From Octopus vulgaris (taxonomy: Eukaryota), in contig OX597819.1 of the NCBI GenBank assembly GCA_951406725.2, forward strand, positions 117,552,001 to 117,616,000: a stretch of 64,000 bases of DNA, read 5' to 3'. Made by a program: the position numbers and the translations under genes. This document shows, in pieces, positions 14,869 to 29,739 of this stretch; position 1 is the first letter of the stretch, and each line of letters opens with the position of its first letter. The notes below the pieces were generated by a model. The model was not told the origin of the DNA, ran no database searches, and was given only the letters and a program-made list of their open reading frames with translations.

Positions 14869-15090
14869 TCTGTTGTTGTTGTTAGTGTTGAGGTCACTGC
14901 TTGGAATTGAACCCGTGGGCATATGGCGTAATGGTTAAGAGCGCAGGGTACTAACCCCAAGATTCCAAGTTCGATTCCAAGCAGTGACCTGAACACTAAT
15001 AATAATAATAATAATAATAGTAATAATAATAATAATAATGACATCGAAAATACCTTAGGATTGAGAACCCAGGTTCGAAATTTCCCCCAA

Positions 15091-15136
15091 GACACCTGAA
15101 GGTGGCTGGAATGTGTATCAGCCGAAACGTTGTGTT
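15091..15136 (+). ncRNA. Minimal type I hammerhead motif (A9 position is G in this copy)
   Basis: GACAC-CTGAAGG-t-GGCTG..CAGCC-GAAA-CG-TT-GTGTT; stem I GACAC/GTGTT; loopless palindromic stem III AACGTT as in Penelope-like element HHRs. Confidence 0.65.
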
Positions 15137-15960
15137 AACAACAAACAGGAGGACAAATATCTGTCGAAGTTTTTTTGTTGTTGTTGTTTTAAAGGAGGTC
15201 AGGATGTGATTCCAAGGGTAGCAGCTATCAGCAGAAATCAGATTGTATCAGTCCAAAACTAATATCTGTATTACAAACGTAAGGAAAACAGTCTGAGATA
15301 ACAAATGAGAAAAGTGGTGGTTTTCATCCCATTAGATCAGTAAAAACTATAATACATTTTGAATCGTTAAATTGAACAGACAAACTGATGTGCCTTTAAA
15401 CTCTAACAGAACTAGGCAGCAACAATATTTCTATGGATTTACACAATCTTTTACTTAAACCTCCCTCGCATGAGAGACTACTTTTTTTTGCAAAAGCAAA
15501 AGACGTTTTGGAAGATGGAGACTTCGAAATAAAAATAGAAGCAAGAGTTTTTCTTACAGGCTGGTGACCGCCCATCGTAGGAATACTGGAGTGTGACTGC
15601 GTTACAGTTTTTTAACTATAGAATAGACAATGTTAGTGTTATTTATCGAGGAACAAAAAACTTTAATTCGCGTTGAAGGAATGTGAGTGCATCATCAGTT
15701 CTCTGAGATGTCTCATTGGGATAATTAATTTTTGTTGTGGTTCGCAGATCTCTATATTCAGTGCATTTCAAATGTTATGACGTTTAATGAATTAGAAATT
15801 CGTGGATGTGCCCATTATTTTTTCTCTTCATATAAACCATGTATATAAATATCGTTTATATCATCTTGTGTAGTGTCACATTAATAGAAGACACTCTTCA
15901 ACCTTAATACGTCAAGTATGGCATGGGCCGCTTTAGTGTCAAAATATATACAAGAACCAA

Positions 15961-16184
15961 AGGTGGCGAGCTGGCAGAACCGTTAGCACGATGGGCGAAA
16001 TGCGTAGCCGTATTTCGTCTGCCGTTACGTTCTGAGTTCAAATTCCGCCGAGGTCGACTTTCATCCTTTGGGGTAGATAAATTAAGTACCAGTTACGCAC
16101 TGGGGTCGATGTAATCCACTAAATTCGTTTGTCTGTCCTTGTTTGTCCCCTCTATGTTTAGCCACTTGTGGGTGATAAAGAAAT
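15961..16184 (+). mobile_element. tRNA-SINE family A, full length
   Basis: tRNA-like head (TGGCAGAACCG..GTTCAAATTCC), family body and AAAGAAATA tail; flanked by repeated ATATATACAAGAA. Confidence 0.88.
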
Positions 16185-16549
16185 ATATATACAAGAAACA
16201 ATTCTGGGAAATTTTCACCAGTATATCATTTCAGGTATATTACCATTTGCATAAATCATATTCTTCCACAATTCAAAGATTTAGGATTTAAAGATTCCAT
16301 GAACCCCAATGCTGAAGTCTACCAAGTTTATTGTTTGACAAAACAGTTGAAGATGAATATTCAATTCCCGATGTATATTTAACATGGAACAGAGAAACGT
16401 TGATGAAAACTACCCAGAATCATACATTTCAATGTACTAAGACTATTGATATAAACTTCTTACTTAAGTGTAGATGTTCCTGTGATTGTCAAAGTACGTC
16501 TGTAGTATCGGCAGTTACGATGCTCAGTACACAGTTCCACGATAAGTTA

Positions 16550-16900
16550 CCAACAGAAGGTCCCTGTCAATCGTCTTGTGATGGTTCACCTTTATACGTT
16601 CCCTTCAACTTAATGACACCTTTTGTCGAGATTCTTAAAACATGTACTAACCACTTGCCTCGGCATTTGCAGATGGTTATGGGGAATTGGGCTTCATCTG
16701 CTCTTCTTTTGGGCTCATCGTTACTGATAATTTTGTTTTAGTTAATATGTAAGCATTTCAAGGAGTCATCTGCTGTTAACATGTTTTCTTGGCTACTTTT
16801 TCAGTACCTTGTTTTACAACTATATAGAATGATGCGACAAGAAAAATTCTCCACTTAGAAGGGTAAATATTTTATAGCATCTAGATGTCAGATTCTAACA
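16550..16900 (-). mobile_element. Probable RTE-clade LINE 3' remnant
   Basis: Minus strand IILYSCKT (LLYGCETW-like), CLHIN*NKIISNDE..KCRGKWLVHVLR (RRxxWxGHVxR-like); heavily decayed. Confidence 0.45.
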
Positions 16901-18449
16901 GTTCAGATTGATACCTGGTTACACTGAGCTACACAAAATAAACCTAGCGTCTGCAGACATACATATACGTTTTAACTCAATCTGTTATACATATACTCAT
17001 ATAAATGTGCACATGAGTGCATACACGCACATAGTCATACATTCACATGTAGATGAGTGTTCATATCGTAATGTAATACGCTTAGTATATTCCATTGAGA
17101 TGCAGTGCCATTGCCAAACTATTGACATTTTCTTTTGATTGGCGCCATATTTCTCGTAAAATATACGAAATAAATATACGTTAATAAATATACAAAAGTC
17201 ATACTTTTTTTAACTGTAAGAATTTTATTCCAAACCATAAATACTTAACTTTTGCTTTCTCGGTCGTTATTAAATATTCTCATGTTTCTATACTTGGAAT
17301 CGACCTATATATGGATCCTGGCAGTTTCTCAAGTGAAACCCAGTTTTAATAATATTCTGGTTTGAAGTATGTTAAAAGCGAATCATGATTTCACTGACTT
17401 CCAATGCAGCACAAATCTGTTCTGAAATCAACGCTTTCAGAAATTCTCATGGTTTGGTTGTGAATGGCTTTCATGAATTAAATGTACTTTTATCTTTTCA
17501 CTTCTTTCATGCTGTCATGAAACCGAATTCTGAATGCTCTTCAAATGAACCTTTTGAACAGGTTTTACTTTCAGTCATAAACGAAACTGTATTTCTACTT
17601 GAAAATAATCTGAGTGTTTCTTACGGATGTTGTGAGAAATGAGTGTCACTCTCAGCGAAAGCTTCAAACGCGAGTATATTAAATTACCGATGTGAAAATA
17701 CAAAGTCATCTCATAAAAAGAAAGCATGTCACTCTTTCAACATTTACAATAAACAGATTTCATGAAACTTCCCACAGACTATTGTGTTAGACTGCCAGAT
17801 ATTAACCCCGTTGAATAAGAATTATATATACAAGTTCTGAGTCTTTAATTCGTTTATACATAGAGTCATTAATAACAGACACTTGCTACATCCCAAGTCA
17901 TTAAAATTCCGTAATACTTCCTGAGTGTCAAATATTCATATCAACGTATTGATGCTTCGATATATCAAACACTATGGGTCTTAAGACACATTTGGTTACA
18001 GTTTCCTTTAATTATGTTTATCTGTATAGTTGAAGGAGAATATCAAATGAAAAATTATTCTTTTGCAAAAGCTTGTCTTCTTTCAAAGTCTATAAAAAAT
18101 AAGAATTGCTTCAAGTAAAGAGAAGTAAATACATCTTGAAAGATCCTTTGACATTTAAATTTGGAAAGGAACAAAAGGGCGGCAAGATGACTGAATGTAA
18201 AGAAAATTTACCGGATCTGAATATGTATAAAGCGTAAAATATGTAGGATCAAAACAGCAGACGTCAGTGTCGTTTCCAGCTTTTGATCAATAAATGGAGA
18301 ATACTAAAACATTGTCTGTTTCTTGGAGCGATTTTATAATTACACATATAGAAAAACACAGAGCTAAGCTTATAGTCACACTCACGTATACACATAAACA
18401 TAGATGAACTCGTATATATATATATACATGCATACATATGTATATATAC

Positions 18450-18490
<41 letters not shown>

Positions 18491-20299
18491 AGTGAGTTAT
18501 TTGATAAAGTGAACCACAAATATTAAGAAAGCAGAAATAAATATGCAAACAGATGTCAATAATCTATAATGCACATGAATGCGCATAAATGTGTTTATTA
18601 TTAAGGCAACAAGTTCAGAAAAACTACCTTCCTTTGCAGTATATGAATGTGTGTGTGTATGTGTGTGTGTGTGTGTGTGTGTTATTTCTGTGTTTGCGCA
18701 AGTGACTACTAGTGTGTGTAGGTGTATTTTAACGGTGTGTGAAATATGGTTGGATGGGTGTTTTTTTCTGCATCTGAAAGTTCAAAGAACTGGTTACAGA
18801 CGCGTATATATGTGTCTGTCTGTATATCGTTGTATTTATGCTTGTGTATGAAGCATACGTAAATATATATGTATTAGTGTGTGTGCGCGCACGAGTACGC
18901 ATGCATATTCGTGTACGACTGAAGAAATGCTTTTAACAGCTTATATCCATAAAATATACCTGTCAACTTATCTACAACATAGAAATGGTACCTGGAATTG
19001 TCAGCAGTTTTCTCATTTCGCACAAAAGTATCGCTCTGCTTATGACATGCAACATATTTTGGTATAGGGAGAACAAGCAATATTAATCAGTCATCAATTA
19101 CCACGTTAAGGATTCGTGTAATTATGAAGTTTTGAAACTGACGGGTTAAGCTTTTTTTTTTCATTTTAGTTAATTAGTACCTATTCAATTCGTTGTCAGG
19201 CAACTGTCGCTGTGGAGACCATTGAGAAATGAAGCAAAATATTTAGTGGGTTTTCGCAAAGAGAGACGAGGAATGAAATGAGACGGAGACGATATACGTA
19301 CTAATTAGTGACTGATCCTGACAAATAAATAGAAAGAGGTATATACCAGATCGGATTTTAGGGGACATTAGATTTTATATCGGTTAACATAACGTATTTG
19401 TAGACATAAACTTACGCGAGAAAAAGACAGCAAAGTAAAATATTGCAAGGCTTAAGTCTGGAGTAAGCAGAAAAATTAAAAGGAAACACAGGGTAGTGAT
19501 TTGAGTGTAGAGCGGAATAATTAAGGAAAATATGGATACGTAAGACGGAAGAGCAGATAGGATTCGTATGGATAACTCGGCAGAGCGTTACAGTGAGGGA
19601 GATGGAGGGAGAGACGGAAAGAGAGGACATGAGAAAGAAAGAGAAGAAAGAAGGATTGAAATTAAGATAGAGTGGTGAAGAAAGGAGGAGAGAGATAGGA
19701 ATGGAAGGACACTACTTATTTTATAAGAAATTTAACAACATTTGCATGGTGTATCGTCTCGATGTAGGTGTCGAGAGTAAGCTAAGACACTGACGACTAC
19801 AATTTTGATCCTCAACTTCTTTTGTTTTTCGTACAGCCGGTGTCATCGGCAGTCATGAAAACAAGAAATGGACATAAAGAATAAAAAACAGACGCACGCA
19901 CAAAAGTAAATGTCACCATAACCAGCTATCTACCTTAAAATTAGCGAATTTTAATGGTAAATGAGTCGGCAGCTATGACACTGCTCTGAACAGAACGATA
20001 CAGTGTCGGTTTAGGGCACACATCCAAAATATCTGAGAAATGAGGCTGTTTGTTGAATTCTAGATGCATTTTGAAAAATTATTTTGTGGAAACAACTGTT
20101 TCGAGGAGCATTAGAAATATCATATGTGACATTTCTGAAATTTCTCGGTAAGTTGATAAATTTTAGCGCAGATTGAACCACAAAATTAAAGTGGATAGAA
20201 TATAAAATATTTCATAGTAGATAATTTGCGACGAACTCAATTTCTCTATGTGGAAAGTTAAATTACTTCCTAGTAATTCACACAATACTGTGATTCACA

Positions 20300-20650
20300 G
20301 AATTTTTGGGGAGGAGGCAGTGGATTTGATCGATCCAAATACGCAACTGGTACTTAATTTATTGACCCAGAAAGCATGAAAGGCAAAGCCAACTCAGAAC
20401 GTAAAGATATACGAAATACCTCTTTCTTGACTACTCACAAGAGGTTAAACACAGAGGGGGCCAACAAGGACAGACAAACGGATTAAGTCAATTATACCGA
20501 CCCCAGTGCGTAACTGGTACTTATTTAATCGACCTCGAAAGGATGAAAAGCAAAGTCGACCTCGGCGGAATTTGAACTCAGAACGTAAAGGCAGACGAAA
20601 TACCGCTAAGCATTTCGCTCGGCGTGCTATCCTTTCTGTCAGATCGCCAC
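20300..20650 (-). mobile_element. tRNA-SINE family A dimer (full copy plus headless copy)
   Basis: Full copy ~20418-20649 followed on the minus strand by a second, headless body ~20320-20420. Confidence 0.8.
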
Positions 20651-22701
20651 ATTTACATTCAGAAACATATCAGTAAGCATTTAGTACGCGATATTCTTAT
20701 ATAGAATAAGCATTTTGTTCCTTATCTCCCTTCTCTGGGATATATTTTCTGTTAGAAATTTCAATTCCTCCCAACTGTCTAATATTCTTTGTTTCTTGAT
20801 ATTTAGTTCATTCACGAAGTATCATTGTCTGAATCTGCAAAGGAACATCATTCAGTTCCTTTACTACAACCGGCCAATGTCCGGCAATTTTCTTTTACGC
20901 TATGTATCTCGAGGAAGAGCCATACTTTCAAAGGATAACCAATCAAATGCTTCTTTATTATATCACAAAATTTATCAATATGTAATCTAGTCTAAATTTG
21001 TTGTGTTTTGAGCCCATACATTTTGAGTTAGTTGATAATATGCACAGCTAAAGTAAGAGACTTTTGAAAATGACGTAAGTCTACATGATCTTTTTTAAAA
21101 CATGTCAAACAGAAATCCATGTACATGCGATGCCCGCGTCAGTGTAAATGGCAATATAGTGAAATGACTCTTCGTAGTTACAGTCGTATGGAAATCGGGG
21201 ATAAACGGAAACATATGAAATATCATGAACATAATTACGCTCGATTTGTTTTATAAAATACTTAATAAATTTGCTCCAATGAACATAACGTTAAAAATGG
21301 ATATCAAATTCAAATGAGAGAAGAAAAAAAGATCTACTGCAATGTTTTTGGTTTAACTGCTTCACAATTATAAAGGAAAAAATATTTTTTCTTCAGAGAG
21401 ATAAATAACATTGCAAAACATCAAGTTCTGAGAAAACTGAGATAATATATAAGTACAATTGAAAGGAAAATATTCTTGAAAATAAAGTTAATTCATACAG
21501 TGAAACATATGAATCGTATATTCGACAACGTTGTCATGGCGAAATAACCATTTGTCATAGTGTTGTCGCAGTTTCAGCATTCTCTGTGCACATATTTTTT
21601 CAATCGCCTTAGTAAGTCGCTAAAATACTGTTCAGCTGAATGGAGAGAAATATCAATGATTAATGATTTTCATTGTCGCAAAAGAATATAACCGTTTTGT
21701 CACTACATTTCAGACATAACGAGATTGCTTTTTTCACTTTTCTTTTGCTTGATGATGGACTTTACGAGTCAAACGAAATATATTGTTTTGTTATGGCATT
21801 TTAATCGTAAGCGGTACTTTCATCCGCCGTGATCATACAGATGACGAAAGCAGGATCGCATTTTGCTTTTTCATGAAGTTCAAGACATACATAAAGAGAC
21901 CGCTACTTTGCCTATACGGCGATTCAAAAAGCAACAAAGGTCTGTATTTACAAATTGTTAGATTCACTATAATAGCAATATTCATAATAGATTAAAACAA
22001 ATCGAGCTTAAACAATTCGATAGCATGAAAAAAGCGTTGGCTAGAAGAATGTAGAGTGAGGTTAAATGTGGTCACGTGAAACGTCTCTTCACGGATGAAA
22101 TACTAAAATTAGAATAAGGAAAAGAAAAAAAGTGTAAAGTGGGGAACATAGTATGTGAATTACGATGAATAAGTTACGATGCAATGTCTCATGGACAGTA
22201 AGGAATCAATAAACTTTACGAAGGGAGCATCTGGTAAGTATCATGTAGGAGAGTTTGCTGTAATATAAGTTTTTGTTGCAATTTTATGTTTTCTTCAAGT
22301 ATGAGAGAAATTCACATTATACGACTTTTCATAGAATTATTATTCATTTCCTTTTTTTCTTAGCAATGAAATAGTATAACAAAGCTCTCCGGATCAAAAT
22401 AATTCAAGGTACCGTTTACATTAATCTTCCATTAATTTGTAAAATACAAACTTTGCACAATTTTGGGCCAAGTGATTTTCCAGCCTCCAAGGCCATAAAT
22501 TTAGTTGAAACAGATAGAATAGTCAATTACTAAAACGGAGTATGACTAAATACAGACGCACATACACACACACACACACAGACACAGTCACAGATACACA
22601 CACGTATATTTATACGCACATACAGAAACACACACACACACACACACACATATATGTATATATATATATTTATATACATATGCATGCAGACAGACATATA
22701 C

Positions 22702-22749
<48 letters not shown>

Positions 22750-23240
22750 CATGTATGTGTGTCTGTTTCTGTGTGTATTTTTATGTGTAATCTCACATCT
22801 ATTTGAACAAGCATGTGTATGTGTACTAATTTATGTGTGTTTATATGGTAAGGGATTCATGAGGTGAATTCGCTGTAACAAATCAAAATTTTCAAGAAGT
22901 ATGCCTATAAGCACAGTAAAAAAAAATACAATATTGAACACGTTTTAGCGAACTATATAAAAAACATACAAACGCATTAAGCGTAAATCTAGATATTCTG
23001 CATAGACATCAGGATTATATATGAAAGTAATGTACATTAAAAGCCTAATAACCCGCGGCTTAAAGAGTTTATAATGAAACATAAAACGAGGAAAAATTTG
23101 TGCACTTACACAGACACATAATTTTAGGTATACGCTTACACGAATAGATATAGGATATTTATATACGCATAAAAACACACAGAAAATCTAACACTCACAT
23201 ATACACACACACACACACACTCACATACACACACACACAA

Positions 23241-23285
<45 letters not shown>

Positions 23286-23762
23286 GATATATATATAGAT
23301 ATCCATGCATGCATATGTATATATTTAACTATAAAAATAACAGATTAATAGTAGGAAAAATATGTATATGATTCCTGGATACATATATATTCATTGATAT
23401 ACATATAGGTATATATACAGACGCACACACACAGACAGACAGACAGACGCACATACACATACATTAATATACATATAACTGATATATTCCTTTCCATATA
23501 AGCATTTCTGATTGTGATTGCCTGAAATTAATTGTATATTGCCCTACATAAAAATACAGTGAATTATATAAATTATATTGCAATTCTAAATTTTGAAATG
23601 TCGGAAAATTCTGCATTGCACAGAATAAAATATGTCTTACCAAACATTTAATGGAGAAATATGTTAATTAAACCTGCAATATTTTGCGCGAAATAACATA
23701 GCGTTTCTCTGTACAGCATCTCTCTCTCGCTCACTCATTCTCTCTCTCTCTTATGTTTATAC

Positions 23763-23807
<45 letters not shown>

Positions 23808-24046
23808 GTATATATATATATATATATATATATATGCATATATATGAGGTAAATATTGCTTAAAACATTAATATAAATACAAATTTTTAACTACAAACAC
23901 CTGAATGAAACTAAGATGTTTTTTTAATGCAAAATCAATGTGAATGCTTAATATAAGTCATCTATAATTTTGTCGCATTTCATACTGCAGGATAAAAATA
24001 TACGGAACATTTTAGACGAGATGAGTGCTGAAAATACATCAAGCGT

Positions 24047-24095
<49 letters not shown>

Positions 24096-24534
24096 TATGT
24101 GTAATGTGAGCATTGAATATGTTTGGGACAAATACATTCGCTTAAATATATGCACGCATATAACGCTGCTATTGCCATGCAAGGGAGATAATATCTCTTT
24201 GAACGGAAAATTTTATAGTGGAGAAATAAATGCGGATATCGACTACTTTTGTGTGGAATATTTCATTGAATTTTCTCAATCAGCCGAACGTAGAATTACG
24301 ATGCAAAATGGAGATACGTACTTTCCTATATATTACTAATACTAAAACTAAGAATACTAACACTTCTAATTATAGTCGTAATAATAAGCATACAGTATGA
24401 CGGGAAACGTAAGGGCAAATAATATGCCGCAGACAGTTTTTGTAACATTTGGCCCCTGAAAAATTTGGCTGTCTTAAAATAATAATCATAATAAGGAGAA
24501 AAGGAAGACGAAGAATCGCAAGAACAACAATAAA

Positions 24535-24612
24535 GTTAATAATAATATTAATATTAATATTAATAATATTAATAATAATAATATTAATAATATTAATAAT
24601 AATAATAATAAT

Positions 24613-24664
<52 letters not shown>

Positions 24665-24796
24665 GGTGAGAAATTCAAAAATTTCACAAGGTGAACATAT
24701 CTTCATCTTACTATTCCCAAAGTGGAAGAAGATGAAGGGCAAGAAAGGAAGAAGAAGAAGAAGAAGAAGAAGAAGAAGAAGAAGAAGAAGAAGAAG
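24535..24796. repeat. (AAT)n and (GAA)n microsatellites
   Basis: Direct inspection. Confidence 0.95.
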
Positions 24797-24799
24797 ACG

Positions 24800-25497
24800 T
24801 GTTCTGTAGGAACGCCGAATAACAAAGAAACAGAGTAAACAGCGATATCTTTAAATCAAGTTAAATCTAAATTTAAACTGGTACAATAAATCACCATGAT
24901 AAAACAATGGCAAAAAAAGAACTTACGTGGCAAATGATGAGATAATTTAAACAAAGAAGAAGTCCCAACAATAGTTGAGAAGCTCAGAACTGAAAGTAGA
25001 GATTGAAGAATTTTTCATTGCAGACCAAGATCAATTGCCTGCCCATCAGAAGCCAAGAGAAACACATAACGTGGCGATGGGAAAGAGTAATCGTCTCTGG
25101 CTGACCAGTTCTGGCTAAAAAGGAATATATCCACAGATATGACCGAATTGGGACCTAAATACTTTGGAAGCTACGCAAACACTATAGAATGTCTTCTACA
25201 GAAAAACAACTATATCTCAGAAAATGACCCAGCAACCCTACTCTGGAATATGTGATTACACACATATAGAGAGATGAAGGGTAAAATACCGGATATTGTT
25301 GGCAGAGATCATCAAGAATAATCATGCCTTATCGTCGAATCAATTCCAATAGATGCATATATATATCTGTAAATGAAAAGGAGAAATAATCAAAATACAA
25401 ATTCTGAACATGGAGATAACAGATGCAATGAGTATGATTAAAAAACTTACAGACAAATACATAACAAAAGCAACAGGGCACACGAATATATATATAT

Positions 25498-25543
<46 letters not shown>

Positions 25544-25790
25544 CCTATATACATATACCTATTTATCTAACTATCTATCAATCTATCGATATTTATATAT
25601 CACAGCAAATAGCACTACTATGCACTGAGGATATTCTACTTAAAATATTTTCAATACAGTAAAAATAACACCCCTAAAACGAATCATCGCACTGACACAA
25701 GGCACAGAGGGCTGCGCAGGGTAATGCAGTGTAAGCACGTGATAAAAGTAAGAATGCTGAATAAAAATACTGAATAATAATAATAATAAC
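24800..25790 (+). mobile_element. Decayed R4/Dong-type LINE 3' fragment
   Basis: ctggctaaaaaggaatatatccacagatatgac..ctctgg..ccggatattgtt..gacaaatacataacaaaa..caaggcacagag match the 41169/49889 family; ends in (AAT)n. Confidence 0.75.
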
Positions 25791-25792
25791 AA

Positions 25793-25862
<70 letters not shown>

Positions 25863-25879
25863 TAATAATAATAATAATA

Positions 25880-26750
25880 GTAAGGCATGGTTTTATTATA
25901 AAAGAGGCTTCCGACAGCATACCGCATTCATGGATATTGAAACCGCTGGATATCTTCAAAATTTCTCCTGTGATTTCAAACTTCCTGGAGTACGACATTT
26001 CAATGTGGAATACGAATCTCCAACTATTCTACTGTAGTGGAGTACTAATCACAAAATAATATTAACATCAACTGTGGCATCTTCCAAGATCACTAACTTC
26101 CAGCGTTAATTTTCTGCTTAGCCCTAACACCCCTTACAAGTGAACTTACCAGAAAAGTGTATGGTTATAAAATTGGCATCAAGAAAATAAGTCATGTTTT
26201 ATATGCATGACTTAAAATGGTAAAACAATAACGGCCTTGAAGGACTACTACGTAATGTGAAAGCATTCAGTGATGACATTGAGATGGGATTTGGTCTTCA
26301 TAAATGTGCCAAGGTGATTTACCAGAAATTGAACTCGAGGACCTCACATCCAGTGGAGTTTAATGTTGACACAGTCATAAAATAAATTAAGCAGTAACAA
26401 ACTTGCAAATACCTCGGAATAAATGAGGGCTCTCTCATTCAGCAATGAAGAAGATCAGGGTGGAGTGTTACAGGAGATTCAAGGATTCCTAAAATCCGAG
26501 TTAAATTAATATAACAAGGTCTTAGCTATAAATTCCTTAACAGTTCCCGCTGTTATTTACAGTTTCAATGTGCTGAACTGGAATATGACAGAAATGCAGA
26601 AGATTGGCAGGGAAATCCGTAAGCGTTTGACTTGCAATACGATGCAACACCCAAAGACAGGTGCAGATTATCTTTACCTACCCAGAGACCAAGGAGGTCA
26701 AGGCTTGATCCACTTGAAAATCTGCTACAATTATAGCAACAGTCGGCTGC
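25880..26750 (+). mobile_element. Decayed R4/Dong-type reverse transcriptase fragment
   Basis: CGIFQD..LIFCLALTPL, FSDDIEMGFGLHKCAKV, KYLGINEG, NKVLAINSLTVP..YSFNVLNW, LYLPRDQGGQGL. Confidence 0.78.
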
Positions 26751-28483
26751 GACTTGTACTGCTCCTGTGAGTATTCTACGTTTAGCTCCAATATCTTGGA
26801 AAGAGTTAAACTTACTTTAGTTTCTAGTAGCGGCCCTGGGGAACGAGGTGTCTTCGCAACCGGTCATAATCAATAGATTCAGCCACAAGTGTGGCAAAAG
26901 GACAGACATTTTGGTAAGAGTAAGGAAATTAAAAACAACCATTTTCTTAAAGAATTAAAATATGGTGTTGAAATTTTCGACGGCCCACCCTGCTTCTCCT
27001 GTCATTAGCCAAAGGACTACCAGCTCCATTATTGTTATTCCACATCTAGCAGATATAGAAACAGCAATAATTATAGGAAAGGAAACAACAATAACATTAT
27101 CAACGATAAATAAACGAAAGCGTGAAACAGTAACAGCGCCATTACATCTACTTAATCACAGGCAATATCTCTACAATAAATAGAAGTAGCGGGGGGACCT
27201 CAGATGGCCATGACCACAAACAAAAGCACAGCGACAACAAGGATATTAATAGTAAAATCTATAATAAGAAACAAAAAACGAGAGAAAAGATGAGGTTTTC
27301 ACGAAATTTATTAATATTTTTTTTGGTATAAACATTGCAAACTCATTCAGACTGGCTGTCACACATATTTATGCGACATGACTAAATTTTAAAATGGCTA
27401 AATGGAAAACAGAAAATCAAAATGCACAACAGAATGTACATTGAGAAAAAGAGGAAATCGATATTATAGTGAAGAATTAATAGAAAAAATTGTGCTGCAT
27501 ATTCTCTAATGAGAAAATAGAAATAGAGGAAAGTAACAACAATAATAACAAGCAACAAAAACAAAGTGGCAAATCTTACACTATTCCGAATATCGCAGCA
27601 CGAATACCGAGCAGTAGAGTGTTCGAAAAGTTAAAACCTCGAAAGAAAAAAAAAAATGGATTCGCGTTATTGTTTCTGCGTGTACGTTCTGTTATCAACC
27701 CCCACTGAGTCCATCTTTGACCTTTTCCTCGTTCCATTGTTGATAAATTGTGCATTTACTGACCTACAAATGTAAAAGTTACACAGAATATATTCGACAG
27801 CTCCACTAACCTAAGATATCTGGCCTTCTGCCAATGTTATAAGTTAATTTCGCCTCAACCACGGCCACCATAATCATCATAACGACGATGATAAGCACCA
27901 CTACCAACACTACCACGACTACCACCGGTACCATCATAAGTACTGTGAAACTCATATAACAAGTTGTGTGTCGTTTTCAAAATTTGTGTTCGTATTGCAC
28001 GCGACATTGATTTAGTAATTTCAACTATTTTCAAATAACATTCTTACATGTCATAAAGATAGGCGAAACTCATAACGGCACATATAATTTTTACAACAAT
28101 ATCAACTAAGTAAAGTAGATTTAAGGTAGTTATTATAAAGAGTACATTGAGAATATATCCTGGAACGATGGCTTTGATGGTATGGTTAACTCTATATGAA
28201 TGTTCCTGATAAACGAGAAAATAACACTCTGGTTAATAACTTTCATTTCCTCTTACGATATCAATTGATATAAAGGTTGTTTTTATTATTCTGGTAATTC
28301 AAATGAAAATCTATTCCGGTCTTCTTTGAAGTACTAGACAAAAGAATGCCCTCGATAAATAGGCGTAGACAACAGTAATGTACGCTTATTCGCAATCATT
28401 TAGTCTTTCGTTAACAAACATTGCATTTACAATTCCATAGACGCTACCTCAATTATGAATGCCAGAAGGCAAAACAGTTAAGC

Positions 28484-28694
28484 ACAGGTGTGACTGTATG
28501 GTAACTTACTTGCTTCCCGTCCTCCTGTTTCTGAGTTCAGTCTAACTTCACGGCACCTGGGAAAATGTCTTCACCTACCGCCTCGGGCCGACCAAAGGTT
28601 TTATATTGGTAGTTGGAAACTCAAAGAAGCTCGTCGTGTACACACACGCATATACACACACACACACACACTCACACACACATATATATATAAG

Positions 28695-28726
<32 letters not shown>

Positions 28727-28950
28727 TGTGTGTACACATACTCATGAGTCTGTGTTTGTTCCCCACCACCGCTTGACATCAGATGTTGGTGTGTTTACGT
28801 TCCTATAACTTGGCGGCTCACCAAAAGTGACCGATGAAATAAGCACGAGGCTTAAAAAAGTAAGTATTAGTGTCGTTTCTTTTGGCTGAAATTTCTTCAT
28901 GGCGGTGCCCCAGCATGGCCGCATTGTAATAGCTAAAACTATTAAAAGAA
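28484..28950 (+). mobile_element. tRNA-SINE family B, diverged
   Basis: Colinear with the 13878 and 55541 copies; internal microsatellite. Confidence 0.8.
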
Positions 28951-29739
28951 CAGAAAGTAAAATTGAAAGAAAATAATCGTATGCACTCTAAGCAAGACAG
29001 TCTTCTATTTGTTTTAGGCATAGTCTATCAAAGGCTGCACTACACAGTGTGACTTTTATGATTAAGACTGCATGGGGAGTTGTTTGACAATTGTACTTCA
29101 CGCCTTAGGCTGACCGACAGCATTTTTCATAAATCGATTACAAAAACGAAAATAGTTACTATTTAGCTACAATGAACATCAGTAGTCTTTTATTAAATGC
29201 CGTCAGTTATATTACTTCAATTTTCAGTGGCGTGCAACAGTCTGGAATGGACAATGTCTCTTTTACGATTTTCAATTAGGCTAATGGAAATAGCAGCAAT
29301 ACACAAACATTCGTATATGTTTGTTGTATGCCACTATAAGCATTATTTACACTCACAGAAACACACACACACATATATGTAAACGTAAACAGATGGCTGA
29401 ATAATTCATAGTGAGTTAGGTGAATGCAAAGACGTAGGTATACATAAATATTGTACGTTCTGCAACAAAATTGAAATTTCCATCATTAATGATTAATAGA
29501 TATCAAAATTTTTGGTAAAAGCGTTTAAGTTGCGAGCGTTCATGATTGATTTGAATTTTCGATGCTGATTCGACACCGTCACAAATAATTTTATAATAGC
29601 CCAAAATGTTACCATAAACTACTTAAATTTCACATCTAATCAGTCCATTTTAATTATTAGGGAAATACTTAGCATAGTTCTCTTAAAATATATTGGGCAG
29701 TTATTTGCTTGATTGATTTATTGTGTTCTCATCATATTA

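Larger units (their letters stand above)
14610..15167. mobile_element. Palindromic SINE-like element: tRNA-type Pol III head, (AAT)n spacer and Penelope-like tail with a minimal hammerhead, present as two inverted copies
   Basis: A box TGGCGTAATGG 14924-34, B box GTTCGATTCC 14969-78. Right arm 14968-15167 is the reverse complement of left arm ~14675-14913. The left (minus) copy extends to ~14610. Confidence 0.75.

Noticed and set aside
14917-14990. tRNA gene
   Set aside because: It has A and B boxes but no complete cloverleaf or acceptor stem; it is a SINE head, as are the other tRNA-like heads.
16331-16741. 136-aa Cys-containing ORF with a hydrophobic C-terminus
   Set aside because: It has a non-ATG start and overlaps the antisense of a probable RTE remnant.
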